Notes: generated by a model not told the origin, from the letters alone. A stretch of DNA of 64,000 nucleotides from Octopus sinensis (GCF_006345805.1 NC_043001.1:1922001-1986000); one strand, 5' to 3'; counted from the stretch's first letter, positions 25,190 to 38,784 are shown. Translations and numbers: made by a program.

Positions 25190-26530
25190 AAGTCCAACAT
25201 AAAATTTATGTCTAGTTTTTCAAAAACTAGCATTGAATTTTTGGACACAAAAGTCAAGTTTTCTGGAGGCAGAATAGTGACAGAATTATTTTGCAAGCCC
25301 ACGTCATCCCACATTTATCTCCACTGCCGCTCCGATCATCCACATCATCTTATTTGGTCAGATCCGAAATCCCAATTTTTGAGGATAAAACGGATTTGTC
25401 TTGACATAGGGGATTACTGGAAACATGCAAATGCTTTTGTATGTCATTATGTCAAATGCCATTACAGTGAATCACAATTAAAGGGAATAGCAAATGAAAT
25501 AGCTAAGATTATCAAAGAGAGTCAAACCTTAACGCATAATTTTAGCAAACACAATATAACAGATAACAGAATTCCTTTACTGATTAACTGGCACCGACAT
25601 TTCGCTGGCATTTCAAAAGTGTTGCATGAAAGTTACCAACATGTGGTGAAAAAATATCCTCGCTTCAAACAGATATTTCCTCAGCCGCCTATTGTAGTTT
25701 TTAAGAATATAAAAGAATTATTGACCTCTATATCTGACTCCAAGAAAACGAACATTGGAGTATCTACACGCTGTACCTTAAAGAACAGCCGCAAGAGAGG
25801 TAAGCCCTGTTCATTGTGCAACAACATGAGTTAATCCCTCAGAAATCATAACAGAAATGTTATGATTTATACAGAAGGTGGAACATGTAAAGATTCCCAT
25901 TTGGTGTACGCTGCAGAATGCACAAAACACAACTTAATTTATGTTGGTTGTACAACAGAACAATTAAATAAACGGTTTAATAGGCACAGATTCGACGTCA
26001 GGCACAATAACAGTAGTTTGACAGAACTTGCTGAACATTTCGTTTCAAAGGGCTGCAATTTTGAAGAAGACTTGAAAGTGCATATTCTCAGAAAATATTC
26101 TGAATCTGTTTCACTTTCACTTCTCAGAATGTATGAGGAGAAATATGTTTGCAGGTTATTAACATCACGCCCTGGAGGAATGAATAAAATGACAAGAGAA
26201 TATCATCAAATTTATACAAAACTGTTTGATTAAGTATTCTTCTTTCTCTCTTTTTTTTTCCTTTTTTCTGTCTTTTCCTTTTCACCTGTTATAAAATTGT
26301 AACTTAAAAACTGATGACGTTATTCCATCAACGTGTGGACGCTGGTGGCTCTCGTCCACACTTTACGTTTAAATTTCTGTAATTTTGAATTTTTATCACT
26401 TCTTATTTTGAACTTGACAAGGACAGACGTACTGTTGAAATATCATTCAACTAATAAAATATCTTACAATCGAATCATGCTCTTCGTCTTGACTGTTTAC
26501 CTTTGTGAAGAGTTACGTCAATCCTTTTTA
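25190..26530 (+). mobile_element. 5'-truncated Penelope-like element (RT thumb, Cys linker, GIY-YIG endonuclease, 3' pLTR)
   Basis: IEFLDTKV..LFCKPTSSHIYLH..SDHP..KSQFLRIKRIC; linker RC..KPCSLC; EN TC..HLVYAAEC.KH.LIYVGCT..LNKRFNRHR..HF..GGMN. ORFs 25052-25834 and 25862-26233 are in the same frame, split by one TAA. 3' region has an HHR and AATAAA. Confidence 0.9.
26408..26450 (+). ncRNA. Minimal type-I hammerhead, U3-A8 core variant (UUGACAA)
   Basis: UUGAAC UUGACAA G GACAG acgua CUGUU GAA AUAU C AUUCAA. Stem I UUGAA/UUCAA; stem II GACAG/CUGUU; palindromic stem III; AATAAA at 26454. Confidence 0.65.
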
Positions 26531-26535
26531 AAAAT

Positions 26536-27760
26536 ATTATTATTATTATTATCATTATCATAGACATCGCACAGTACACAATATCATGAGGTTGTTGATT
26601 GAAGATATTGTGTGTTCCAGAGGTTTGTACTGTCTGTCAAGTCACAACAAAACGACCACAGACAGTACTTGACAAAATATGCTGACTTTTGCAATATGCT
26701 TAGATTGTAGGATATTTCTAAAGTTTCCAGATGCTTCTTCGGGTTGTGTGGAATTGAACTGAATGTTCCAATGACAACAGGGGAGAACCTTTATGTTTGA
26801 CTCTCATAGCTCCAATCTCAATTCTCAGGTCTCCGTATTTATTAGTCTTTTCTCTTTCTTTCATGATGATATGTTGATTTCCTGACATTGCCACGTTGAT
26901 TATTAGGCACTCTTGCATGTCCCACCTAAAGGTTACTATATCTGGACTTCGATACTCTAACACCTTGTCTGTCTGGAAGTCAAAGTCCCAGAGGATTTTT
27001 ACTTACCCCTTTTCCTCCATTACCCTTTCTTGTGTATGTTGGTGTCAAGCACCCATTACCTCATATCCGTACAAGTCCCTGGGGTGTAGTGGGCACGAAC
27101 AACACAGGTCCACACCTGAGATGCTGTGGAGCAACACAACTTCAGGCTCACCTTCTTGTCGGAGAAACACAGCCTGGCTCCTCCTCAGGTGACAAGTGGA
27201 TGTTTTGGACTACCTTGTCATGTCTGTGCTTATACTCTTTCTGCACAAGACTTTCACAAGAACTAGCAATGTGAGTCACACTTTCGACCCTCTTCCCACT
27301 CATTCTGCAGGGGTCCGTTGCACTTGTGTGGTATATATCCCTTTTCACTGAGTTGGCACTCAATGCCTGACCCTGGGCAGTGATGATTAGGCTTTCAGTA
27401 TTCTTTCATAGGTCACCCTCACTGAGCCACCTCCATGATGCTTCCTGGTCTTTTAAGTTGTTAGTTTCATGGTGGAACTAACCATGTAATTTCATGTGGA
27501 GTAGAGTTTCTTCTCTCTTGACTGTTTGTATTTGGAATTCATGTGCACCCTCAAGTCCATTTTTGGTAAATCCTTCTGCATTAGCAGCATATTGTAGTGG
27601 GTCTTGCTCTGGTATTGAGTGCGTTTCTTCTTTCTCCTTTTTTCTTGTGTTCTTTGGTTTCTTCGATGAATGACCACCCTGCCAAGTTTCCTTTCAAATA
27701 TCCTCTAGTAGGCTCCAGCAGCCAGCACCAGCTAACGGTCACATGACACTGTTTAAGCTT
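26536..27760 (-). mobile_element. R4/Dong-like RLE retrotransposon 3' fragment with (TAA)n tail
   Basis: SWRWL..GDL.KNTESLIITAQ.QAL; decayed CCHC knuckle PCRM..RVESVTHIASSC..EYKHRHDKV; RLE RSPDIV..KYGDLRIEI; 3' end abuts (ATT)n at 26536-26560. Confidence 0.85.
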
Positions 27761-28361
27761 CAACTGACCAATGGAGGGGAAGGGCACGTAGTTTTAGCCC
27801 ATGCTCTCTCTAAACCGGCCTTTAAAAGTGTGGTGTCAGTTTCAGTTCCAGCAGCCAGAGCTGACCAGCTGTTTGGTGGTACAAGCCTTCAAACCAAGCA
27901 GAGGGCGCACATTGAATGAGATCGCTACCTTGGCCCACCTGTCAATCAGCCATGCTGCTTAAGTATCAGATAAAAAAAAGAAAGAGAAAATGGTTTGATT
28001 TAATGAAAAACATTTGACCATATATGCATAATTCTGAAAACAGAAAACATGCTTTTAGTGGTTGTGAGATGTAATATCATAAAAACTAAATTCAAATTAA
28101 AACTTTGGTGCATATTTTTTACGTATTTGTTCTTTCTTGAAAGAAGACCAAAGTTTTCGATACTTCACTGAAATGACGAAGTTTAAAAGTGGCAATATAT
28201 GTGCATTTGTGTGTGTATGTGTGTGTATGTGTGTATGTGTGCAAATGTGCCTCTAATTGCAAGTGGTCAATCTATGCGTTGAAAGAAGGAATTCAAACTA
28301 GAGACAATAACTTCTTTCTGTCAACCTATTTCTTTCATTCTGTCTTTGTATACACTTATAC

Positions 28362-28407
<46 letters not shown>

Positions 28408-30244
28408 ACACATGTATAGTTACATACAAACATACATCAATAATAATTTTTCAGGAGTGTTTTGTTGTTTTCCTTTTCTCACTTGTCATCCCCCAAACTG
28501 GGCAGCAAACGGAGAAATATATGGTCATTTATAAAACAAGAGAATCCATTACAATTTTTTAAAAAGTCAAGATATGTTTGTATATTGAAAGAAAGCTTCT
28601 TCTCATAAGATTGCTGAGAGTTGGGTCTTCCTGTATAAGTGCTCCATACCCTTCATAGCAGGGGGTCTCAATATCGATATGGGACCAGGTTTATTGCCCC
28701 TTTGTCCTCATATAAGTCCAGCCCTGGAGATAATCACCTGATCAGGGAACCACAATTAATTATGAAATTTGCAATGGATAATTTATGTTCTAACCACCAG
28801 TTTGTTATTGATGAAGTTATTTTAATAAATTCTTTAGAGTTTTGAAAAATAATTTCAGAAGGGTGGTGTATTTCTACAGAAATATGGTAAAAACTCATTT
28901 AAATCCTGACTTGCAATGATGGAACTTCTACTGGTGGGCCTCACAATGCCTGATCTAACCATAAGGCAAACCAATAACAGTAAAGGGTTCTGACAAACCC
29001 CTGGGACTTTAAAATAAATAGAAGCCATACATGTTTGTAATTTTTGTAAGTCCTTCAGCTGTAAGTTTTAAACAAAGGACTTCTGAGATTTTACAGATTA
29101 GGGTCTCATCATCTTTACACCCAATGCTGGATTCTGGTATATTCATGTCACATACGACACTTTTCTGTCACAAACAAACATGGTTGTTTCCTTTGTTGGT
29201 AATAAGCAACCAGGTAGCCCTTAGATCATACCTGGCCATATTAAGAAGAACATCCAGGATAATGAGGTTCTAGGGTCCTGGGCTCATAGGAAATAGATGG
29301 ATTGGTCAAGGCTGGAATATTTCTGATTATGGGACTGCTCAACCAAACATGACCTGGGGTTAAACATCATCATCATCGTCATCACAAGCCCTGTTACCAG
29401 TACCATCACCACCACCACCACCTAATATTCTCTTCTATATCACAGATATGTTAGCATAAATGTAGTGCAGTGATCCATATCCAAAGCACCACCATTTTTA
29501 ACTTTGATTTTGACATGCTGATCGCTATCACACACAACACCCTTCTCTTCAAGAGTTTATAAAATGTAAAACAATAAAACTATTCAGACAAGAGATAAGA
29601 AACCAGTCAGTAGGGCTGTTGGCATGGAGGCTGCCCTGGTGGTTAGTAACACTGTTCATATAAACCTCTTTGGTGCAAGACGGTAATCTTTAGTGTATTT
29701 AGCTAAAAAATTATCTGCTGTTTGTTGTGACAAAGTTAACTTCGGACAGACTAATATATGCTATTCAAGAAATGTGTTTTATAGCGAGTTAACAGAGTGG
29801 AAGCAGGATGGAAAGCGACTGTAGTTTTATGTCTTGTCAGAACTAAAAACAACAAATATTGAAGAAAAATTTTCAAGAAAGTACACAGAATTTGTTCAAA
29901 GGAATAAACTAAAAATAAATGAATAAATAAATAAATAAGAGGATGGAATAAAGAAAGAGCAAAAATAATCTAGTGAGGTTTTATAAAACAAGTTCTGGTT
30001 CATTTTGTATTAAAAGAGGAAAAAAAAACAAAACAAGAAGAATAGTGATTGATGTAACTATGTTTAAAGTTTATGGAATAAAAGACTCTGCGTAACAAAT
30101 GTTTCATGTGACATTTGCAAACATCAATCATGTTAAAAGATTTTTGAAATCAACTGGACTCCTGCTTGGTACATATTGAATATTTTTGAAATATTCTGTA
30201 ATGCAGGGTTGGTCACCACCAAGCATACATACATACGTGCATAT

Positions 30245-30810
30245 TTATGTATATGTATGTATGTATGTATGGATGCATGCATGCATGCATGCATGTATGC
30301 ATGCATGTATGTATGTATGTATGTATGTGTGTATGTATGCATGTGTGTATGTATGTGTGTATGTATGTATGCATGTATGTATGCATGTATGTATGTATGT
30401 ATGTATGTATGTATGCATGCATGCATGCATGCATGCATGTATGCATGCATGTATGTATGTATGTATGTATGTGTGTATGTATGTATGTATGTATGCATGC
30501 ATGTATGTATGTATGTATGTATGTGTGTATGTATGTGTGTATGTATGTATGCATGTATGTATGCATGTATGTATGTATGTATGTATGTATGTATGCATGT
30601 ATGTATGCATGTATGCATGTGTGTGTATGTATGCATATATGTATGTGTGTGTGTATGTATGCATGTATGTATATATTCATGTATGTATGTATGTATGTAT
30701 GTATGTATGTATGCATGTATGTATGTATGCATGTATGCATGTGTGTGTATGTATGCATGTATCTGTCTGTGTGTACATATTGACATGCACTCACACACAC
30801 ACACACACAC
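30245..30810. repeat. (TATG)/(CATG)n tetranucleotide array with 180-bp internal duplication
   Basis: Lines starting at 30361 and 30541 are identical except for the last base. Confidence 0.9.
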
Positions 30811-31348
30811 ACTCACAAGAACAAAGGATTAAAAATCAAACTCTCTGTATCAGTCAAACATGGCTAACCCAATTGACCAGAGAAAGTCCTTGCAATCGAT
30901 GTCGTCCACAAATTTACCTTCTGTTGCAGCTTGAGATCCAAAGTTCAAACACTACATAAATTCAGAATAAGGTCACAGAAGAGAAAAAAACACACACAAC
31001 AGATTGGAGAACTATACAGGATTAATCAGCTTACAAATGTTCTGGATACATTGATATCACATAATTCTGCAATTTATAAATCAATTAATATTTAATTCTT
31101 TAATACTCTACACTGATTGAGAAATTAACACCAACATGTCCTTCTCAAAATTCAACACATTGTTTGCAATTGAGAACACAGAACAAGTTGTTGGTGTGTA
31201 TTTTATTGAGCCTGAATGAATAGAAGACAAAGTTTACTTCAGTAGAATTTGAACTCAGAACAAGAAGACAGAAAATGCTGCTAACTGTTTGCCCAACATG
31301 CTAACAATTCTTCCAACTTGCTGCTTGCATATAATAATAATAATAATG

Positions 31349-31414
<66 letters not shown>

Positions 31415-31549
31415 TACCATGTCATGCACATATGGTTGTGATGTTTGTGCTTGGTGTACCCTTATCAGATGGGTGGTCATGATGGGTATACTGGGTTTCA
31501 TATATTTTACCCCAGTGTTACTTTGATGGCATACACTGCTCTCTCACTC
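31415..31549 (+). mobile_element. 5'-truncated copy of the 684-1240 element in (TAA)n
   Basis: accatgtc..cacatatggttgtgatg..ctgctctctcactcaataat matches 1105-1245. Confidence 0.8.
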
Positions 31550-31586
<37 letters not shown>

Positions 31587-31654
31587 TACTAGAGGCACAT
31601 ACACATGCAAACACGTATTCATATATATATATATATATATTCATATATTCATAT

Positions 31655-32120
31655 ATTCAAATCAAAACTGCTGACAAATGGTATAAACACCATCCTGAAG
31701 CTGTGACTTAGGGAGAAAATGTGTCGATTCTATGGGACTTCCCCTTGCAGACCGACAGGACGATAAAAGCTAATAAACTACAGTACCAGTGATTGTAGGA
31801 TCTCTAGGAATGATAAAAAAAGGTACTGCAACCTATTTGAAAATGATTCCAGGCTTACCATCCCTACAGGAAGTGCCAAAAATCGTACTAACTGGAACGG
31901 CTCATGTACTGAGAAGAGCACTATCACTGTGAAAATAACATCCATCCATGAATTTATTTATTTATTAATTTTTAAATACATATTTTATCTGTGAATTTGT
32001 GTGTGTAATCTGGGAATGCATGCAATGCCCTTCTCTGCCCTAGGTGTATGGAAAACACTCGGCGAGAAACAGAAGAAAATTTGAAGAAAGAAGGACATAA
32101 CATCATCATCATCATCATCA
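31655..32120 (+). mobile_element. Internally deleted R4-like RLE 3' fragment
   Basis: IKTADKWYKHHPEAV..ILWDFPLQTDRTIKANK, then a deletion, then VPVIVGSLGMIKKG..IPG..KIVLTGTAHVLRRALSL*; 3' UTR then (CAT)n(TAA)n. Confidence 0.8.
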
Positions 32121-32568
32121 TAATAATAATAATATACTAGAGGCACATACACATGCAAACACGCATTCATATATATATATATATATATATTCATATCTGG
32201 TTACCATGTTAATCCACACACAGTACTGAATACACAGTATTATATTATTAATTCATTTTTAAAATTTAGAATGTGGAATTTGGACATACGGATATGCTGT
32301 CTCCTCCAGGTAGAAGATACATTTCAATTCACCACCATTATATGGTGGTGCTCTACTTATTATGGAACCTTTAATGTCATACCTAACATTACTCTCTTTT
32401 AGGCTCCAGAGGAATTTACTTAAAGAAGTGAAGTTTTCTTTTTTCTAAATTTAAACAAAGAGATGTGTGCATATAATCTTGACTTGAAGTCAGTTGTGCA
32501 AACACCTCTAGAAAAGCAAGTAGACTCAGCTATTGTTACTGAACATTTGTACACTAAGTTCTTTCTTA

Positions 32569-32978
32569 TTCTTTTCTTTTACTTGTTTCAGTCATTTGAC
32601 TGCTGCCATGCTGGAGCACCACCTTTAATCGAGCAACTCGACCCCAGGACTTATTCTTTTGTAAGCCAAATACTTATTCTATCGGTCTCTTTTGCCGAAC
32701 CGCTAAGTAACGGGGACATAAACACACCAGCATCGGTTGTCAAGCAATGCTAGTGGGACAAACACAGACACACAAACACACACACGCATATATATATATA
32801 TATATACATATATACGACGGGCTTCTTTCAGTTTCCGTCTACCAAATCCACTCACAAGGCTTTGGTTGGCCCGAGGCTATAGTAGAAGACACTTGCCCAA
32901 GGTGCCATGCAGTGGGACTGAACCCGGGACAATGTGGTTGGTAAACAAGCTACTTCCCACACAGCCACTCCTGCGCCT
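32569..32978 (-). mobile_element. tRNA-derived SINE (family of 44031-44434)
   Basis: Near full-length reverse complement of 44031-44434, including the internal CA/TA tract. Confidence 0.85.
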
Positions 32979-33744
32979 ATATTATTTATATTATTTATAT
33001 ATTGCAATGTTTTAAGTAAATTACAATTCTTACTAAGCATCAACGACACCTTCAGAACACAGCTTCCACTTATCCTCATCTGACCCAGATTATTCACATC
33101 GACAGGTACACATTTCCACATGTACAAGCACCTACTACTGCATTATGAAACACACCTACATACACACACCTACAGCACAAAAGGTCAGTATTTTCAGTTG
33201 TTCAAACAACTGAGGGAGATACTCATAGAATTATGGCACACATGTGACGGGGCATTCTACAGTCAAGGACTGGATGGGGAACCCACTGGTGGAGGGGAGA
33301 GCTGCACGGAAAATTTCAGTTTGTTGAACAGTTACAGCCAAGAGGATAGAAATATTCATCCATTTATTCTACAGATGTTTATATCTCATTTATAATTTTT
33401 AGGTAGAATTATATGTATGTATGTATATATGGTTGTTTGTGCATGCATGAAATGTACTACAGTCACACACACATACACACTTGCACATACATATTCACAC
33501 ATGCACACACACTTGCACATGCATATTCACACACACACACACACATTCATATCTGGTTACCATGTCAGTTCACAGTATTGAATGCACTGTATTCCATAAA
33601 TGAATTTATTCACATTAGTATCATATGACTACCATATTTTTAATAAACATTATTAAAACATAGCTTCTCTGATTAGGTTTTTTGTGTAACAACAGTGACC
33701 ATATTGTATGAAGATGAATTTATCCATTGATAATATGTACATGT

Positions 33745-34050
33745 GGAGGCACAATGGCCCAGTGGTTAGGGCAGCGGATTCGCGGTTGTAGGATGGCGGT
33801 TTCGATTCCCAGACCGGGCGTTGTGAGTGTTTATTGAGCGAAAACACCTAAAAGCTCCACAAGGCTCCGGCAGGGGGTGGTGGCGTTCCCTGCTGTACTC
33901 TTTCACCACAACTTTCTCTCACTCTTTCTTCTGTTGGCCTGCTTGCTTAGCCAGTGGGGTGGCGTCATTTGAAGGCTAAAACAATGCGAAGCGCATTGTG
34001 ACCAGCGATGTGTAGCAACATCTGATAGCCTGGTCGGTCACGGTGATATA
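33745..34050 (+). mobile_element. tRNA-derived SINE, second family
   Basis: A-box TGGCCCAGTGG, B-box-like GGTTTCGATTCC; second copy reversed at 62201-62506. Confidence 0.85.
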
Positions 34051-35867
34051 AAATGTACATGCATACACAGATGCACACAAGCACAGGCACACATAACATT
34101 GTATATCTCACACTTAAAGTACATACATCACTGAAAGCCTGTTGAGCTTTTATAGACATAAAATGTTTAAAACACAAAAACATATCAGGAGCAGACGAAA
34201 ATCATCCAGCAATGGCAGTGATGTTGTTAAATACATATTTCTGTCTTCTTTAGCATCGTCAGTAGCAATTAACCTCTAACAACTACATGCTAAGACAAGA
34301 TCACCAGCTACTTGTATAGATGAACAATGATTGAAAAAATCACTAATATTGCAATTAGCTGGTAAGCTGAAATAAAATTCCTTATGAATGACTGAAGCAA
34401 TATTAGTTCCAAATAGCACTGTGTGTATCATATCTAAAATGTAAACATCATTGAAATTCTGCTGCTGATAGATTTCTGTGTTTTTAACGTTATACATTTA
34501 GAAGAGAAGCCGTCTCATGACAAATGCTGTGGTTTAACAGATTTTCAACATACATACATAAATACTTACACACATATATATGCATTTACATACACACACA
34601 CACACATATATATCATAATATTATCAAGCTGGTATAAGATATTTAAAGTGATAAAGTTGTCAGTTATTCCTAAACATCTAGCCACCCATACACACATACA
34701 TACATATATGCAGATACATTCATAAACACACATACACATAATGGTGGGCTAATATAAATATTCAAGGTTTTTTTCAAACCAACACATCCAAAAGTGCCCC
34801 TGCTTCAATGGCACAAATTTTCTTTGGTGAAAATTAGAACTTTCCTTCAAACTTTCATTTTAATTAACGTCCCACATACTGGCTTAATAACGATGCTGTA
34901 ATCTTAGTAAATTTGTCATTATTTTCAAAAATAATTGTAACCAAGTCAGTGTATTTGAGCAGAAATATGAACTTGTCCTTTATTCACGAACATGTAACCA
35001 CATATTTCTAGTATATATATATATAGAGAAGTCTTGTTGTATAATGCTGACAGAAAACTTTCTCAATATTATGAAAAACAGCAAAAGTCATACAAAACAT
35101 GTAATCAGACTTAACAGTTCCATTTCTATGTAAATTTTGGCAACATTGAAGTTCTGAATTGAAAAATAAGCTAAAATGCTAAAAATAAAAATTCCAAAGA
35201 AAACTGAGACATTCAGAGAATTTTCAGTAAATTTCATTTCGTTTTGCATTGGAAAGATAAAAATGAACAATTTTGATTAAAACTTAACATTATCTTTCTT
35301 TCTGCTGAGTACTATGTATCTCTATTTTGTTATTAATTTCTAAATCTTTTTTGTCTTATCTTGTCTTATTTTGCAAATTAAATTAACTGCAATGAAAAAC
35401 TCAGATCGACTTAAAACAAAAATGATGAAGATTAATATAAATTTTTTTAATGTTTATGTTTTTTTTATATTTCCTTTTATTTAAAGAGAGATGTTCTGAA
35501 GTGGAACCTGTAAAATAATTATGGAAAATTAATACCATCAAAAGTGTTGAAGTGGTTAACATGGCGATTGATTGCAGAAAATAAGAAAAACAACAATAAC
35601 AACAAAATAATAGCCCAATCAGCAACAAAACTAATAATTATGATAATAATGATAATTCCAATTATGATTATAATAAGGCTGCTGCTGCTGGTGGTGGCAG
35701 CAGTGATGCTAGTGGGGGTGTTGGTGGTGTTGATGCAGGTAATAAAACATGTATAAAATGATTGATAAAATAATATTGGTCATAAATATTGCTGTAGCAT
35801 TGAGAAGTTTTTCATTTTGAGAGATGTTGAGGAATAAGGAACATGTTTTATTTCGTTATGAGTCAAA

Positions 35868-36165
35868 CATGGTACCACACCTGGCATGTAAAAGGCACCA
35901 TTCGAGTGTGATCGTTACCAGTGTCACCTTACTGGCACATGTGAAAACCTTTGAGCGAGGTCATTGCCAGTGCTGCCTGACAGGCCCCCGTGCTGGTGGC
36001 ACGTAAAAGCACCCACTACACTCTCGGAGTGGTTGGCATTAGGAAGGACATCCAGCTGTAGAAACTCTGCCAGATCGAGATTGGAGCCTGGTGCAGCCAT
36101 CTGGCTCACCAGCCCTCAGTCAAATCTTCCAAACCATGCTAGCATGGAAAGTGGATGTTAAACGA
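35868..36165 (+). mobile_element. SINE with RTE-like tail and (GAT)n end
   Basis: ggcacgtaaaagcacc..ttggcattaggaagg..ctgtagaaactctgcc..gctagcatggaaag..gttaaacgatgatg. Confidence 0.8.
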
Positions 36166-37274
36166 TGATGATGATGATGATGATACCATCACCCTCTTTT
36201 AATGCCCAACTTCCATGCTGGCATGGAGGGAATGGTTTGACAGGGTCCAATGATTCTGATGACAACTTTGTGCTTCAATGCCTGGTCTGTGAGGGTCCCT
36301 ATGGCTGGATGTCCTTCCTAATGCCAATCATTTATAGTTCATATGTGCTCCTTGGTTTTGAACCAGCTGAAGTGAGGTTTCCATGTTGTTTGCAAGGCTA
36401 AGATTCTCTTCAACTGAGCAGGGCAGCAATAGAGGGGAAGACAGCTTTATGCTAGATGTGAGGTAAACTATGAAAGAAAGCTCCGGAAATAACAATCAAT
36501 TTATTGGGTTAAACTCTTGGAGAAAGGGGAAAAGGGCAACAGGGACCTGCAATGTTTAAATTTCTGCAACCATGGCAGATCTGCTAACCATTATTGAAGT
36601 AGTCTTCAGGTTCTCTCCTATGCCTTTAGAAGCCTTATTCTTACCAGCAAGAAAATAAGATTTAGTTCACATTTTAAAGTTTCTACATGTTCATAGTGTA
36701 ACACATTCCATACACCCCTCACACACACACACACACAGAGCTATATGAAAACCTTGGTTAATACTCATGTTTATGTTACTAAAATATGTAGAGCTAAATG
36801 CAGAAACAGTAAATGGGTGGGGGGGGCATTATAAAAAACTATAACATTATATATATTTAAGAATGAGGTAGGTTACTTTTAGCAGTTTTAGAACAAAAAC
36901 GATGCTGATAGACGTCACAAAACAATTGAAAAAATGTTGAGAATTGTAGTTGCCCTCTTCAAGCACTTAGAAAACTTGACATGACTGTCAACATTGTCCT
37001 CTCACACATTGTGATATAATGAGTTGATAAAACTACCATGCAAATTGAATTAACATCTAATCTTATTATAAAATTATGAATTACATCAAATTAATCAGTT
37101 TTAATCATGGTTTCCACAGGATTACTTACAACTAATTCAGTTGAAATACAACAGTTAGAAATAGAACAGAAGAAATATTGTCTGTGATGATGGACTAATC
37201 TAAGATTCTTTCTTGATATCTGAATTTTTTCCAAAAATGCATGTGGTGTCTGCATTTTTTGTGAGCCTTTTCTC

Positions 37275-37690
37275 CCCATGAATGTTGCCAGAGCAGCTGA
37301 CTGGCTTCCGTGCCGGCGGCATGTGAAAAACCATTCAAGCGTTATCGTACCAGCGTCACCTACCTGGCACTTGAGCTGGTGGCATGTCAAAAAACATTCA
37401 AGGTCAAGGTCATTGCCAGTGCTGCTGAACTGGCTCCTGTACAGGTGGCACATAAAAAGCATCATTTGAGTGTGGCTGTTGCCAGTACCGCCTGACTGGC
37501 CCTCATACTGGTGGCATGTAAAAGCACCCACTACACACTCGGAGTGGTTGGCGTTAGGAAGGGCATCCAGCTGTAGAAACTCTGCCACATCAGACTGGAG
37601 CCTGGTGCAGCCATCGAGTTCCCCCATTCTCAGTCAAATCGTCCAACCCATGCCAGCATGGAAAACGGACGTTAAACAATGATGATGATG
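37275..37690 (+). mobile_element. SINE with RTE-like tail and internal tandem modules
   Basis: Same family as 35868-36165; several tgccagt..ggcacataaaaagca modules; 3' stem-loop ccatgc-ca-gcatgg. Confidence 0.8.
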
Positions 37691-38371
37691 ATGATGATGG
37701 TGATGGTAGTCAGATTTCATATCCAGACCACTTTTTTTTACCTTGCTGGTGTATTCTTAGTCAGAAACATTCTCATTAGATCTGTCTACCATTTTAAAAA
37801 TCTTGGAGGCACCGTTACCAAAGAATTCAGTTGTAAGAATTCTTTTTGGTGCTACTAGTGTTGCAGCATGACCTGCAATCTAATTCTGAGGAGATTTTTC
37901 TCCATGATCATTGTAATGGCCAAGTTTAAAGACTTAATCCTCGCTAGCTTCCAATCTCCTAAACAGCATCAGTTTAGCATCCAGCATGGCTTCTCCTTGA
38001 CATCTTACATGAACTTTTATTCCTTGCACTTGCAGACCATTTTGCATGCATAATGACTGAAAATTCTTGTGAAAAATTTGGATGTGCGAATAGGACTGAA
38101 AATAAATCATAGCTTCTAAGAAGTTAGCATGAAATTATTGCATTAATGTCATGCCATTCTATTGAAAATATTCTTTATAAGGAAATAGAAGACCATTATA
38201 GGGAATCCCTACAAGACAGAGCAATGGTGGACAGTGCATTATTACATAGTGTGTGTGTGTGCATGTGTTAGTGCGTGTACTTTTGCTTATACACACATAA
38301 ATATGAACATAATTTTTTATATAACAACATATATATTTGTAACATATATATATAAATCATTATCATCATCA

Positions 38372-38675
38372 TTGTTTAAAGTCCGTTTTCCATGCTAGCA
38401 TCAGTTGGACGGTTTGACCGGGATCTGGGAAGCCAGGAGGCTGCACCAGGCTCCAGTCTGATCAGGCAGTGTTTCTACAGCTGGATGCCCTTCCTAATGC
38501 CAACCACTCCGTGAGTGTAGTGGGTGCTTTTTATGTGCCACCAGCACAGGGGCCAGAGCAGGCTGCCAACGGCCACGATCGGTTGGTGCTTTTTACGTGC
38601 CACTGGCATGGAAGCCAGTCAAGGCGGCACTGGCACCGGCCACATTCGGATGGTGCTTTTTACCGGCACAGGTAT
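38372..38675 (-). mobile_element. SINE with RTE-like tail
   Basis: Reverse complement of the 37275-37690 family. Confidence 0.8.
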
Positions 38676-38784
38676 CACAACTACAATCTCCATTTTATTT
38701 TTTGTTGTTGATGTACTTGACTCAATAGGTCTCCTCAAGCAAAGCAGATCACCCTATGATCCAATCTTTTATTATTTTATTGTT

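Noticed and set aside
27150-27190. Minus-strand CUGAGGA-GGAG..CUCC-GACA
   Set aside because: Lies inside RLE coding sequence, GAAA is absent and there is no stem I; likely chance.
27850-27960. Possible HDV-like P1 (GGCUGAU/GUCAGCU) upstream of the minus-strand RLE fragment
   Set aside because: P3, L3 and P1.1 requirements are not met.
28130-28175. HHR-like hairpin gaagac-caaa-gttttc followed by GATA
   Set aside because: Core is incomplete, GAAA is mutated and there is no stem I.
34308-34366. Minus-strand acceptor followed by hydrophobic YQLIAILVIFSIIVHLYK* (terminal TM-like exon)
   Set aside because: Short, and hydrophobic runs arise by chance in AT-rich DNA. No upstream exons identified.
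37540-37680. SINE motif gttggcgttaggaagggcatcc, reminiscent of RTE leaders that carry HDV-like ribozymes
   Set aside because: I could not build P3/L3/P1.1. The 3' part folds simply as a LINE-tail stem-loop.
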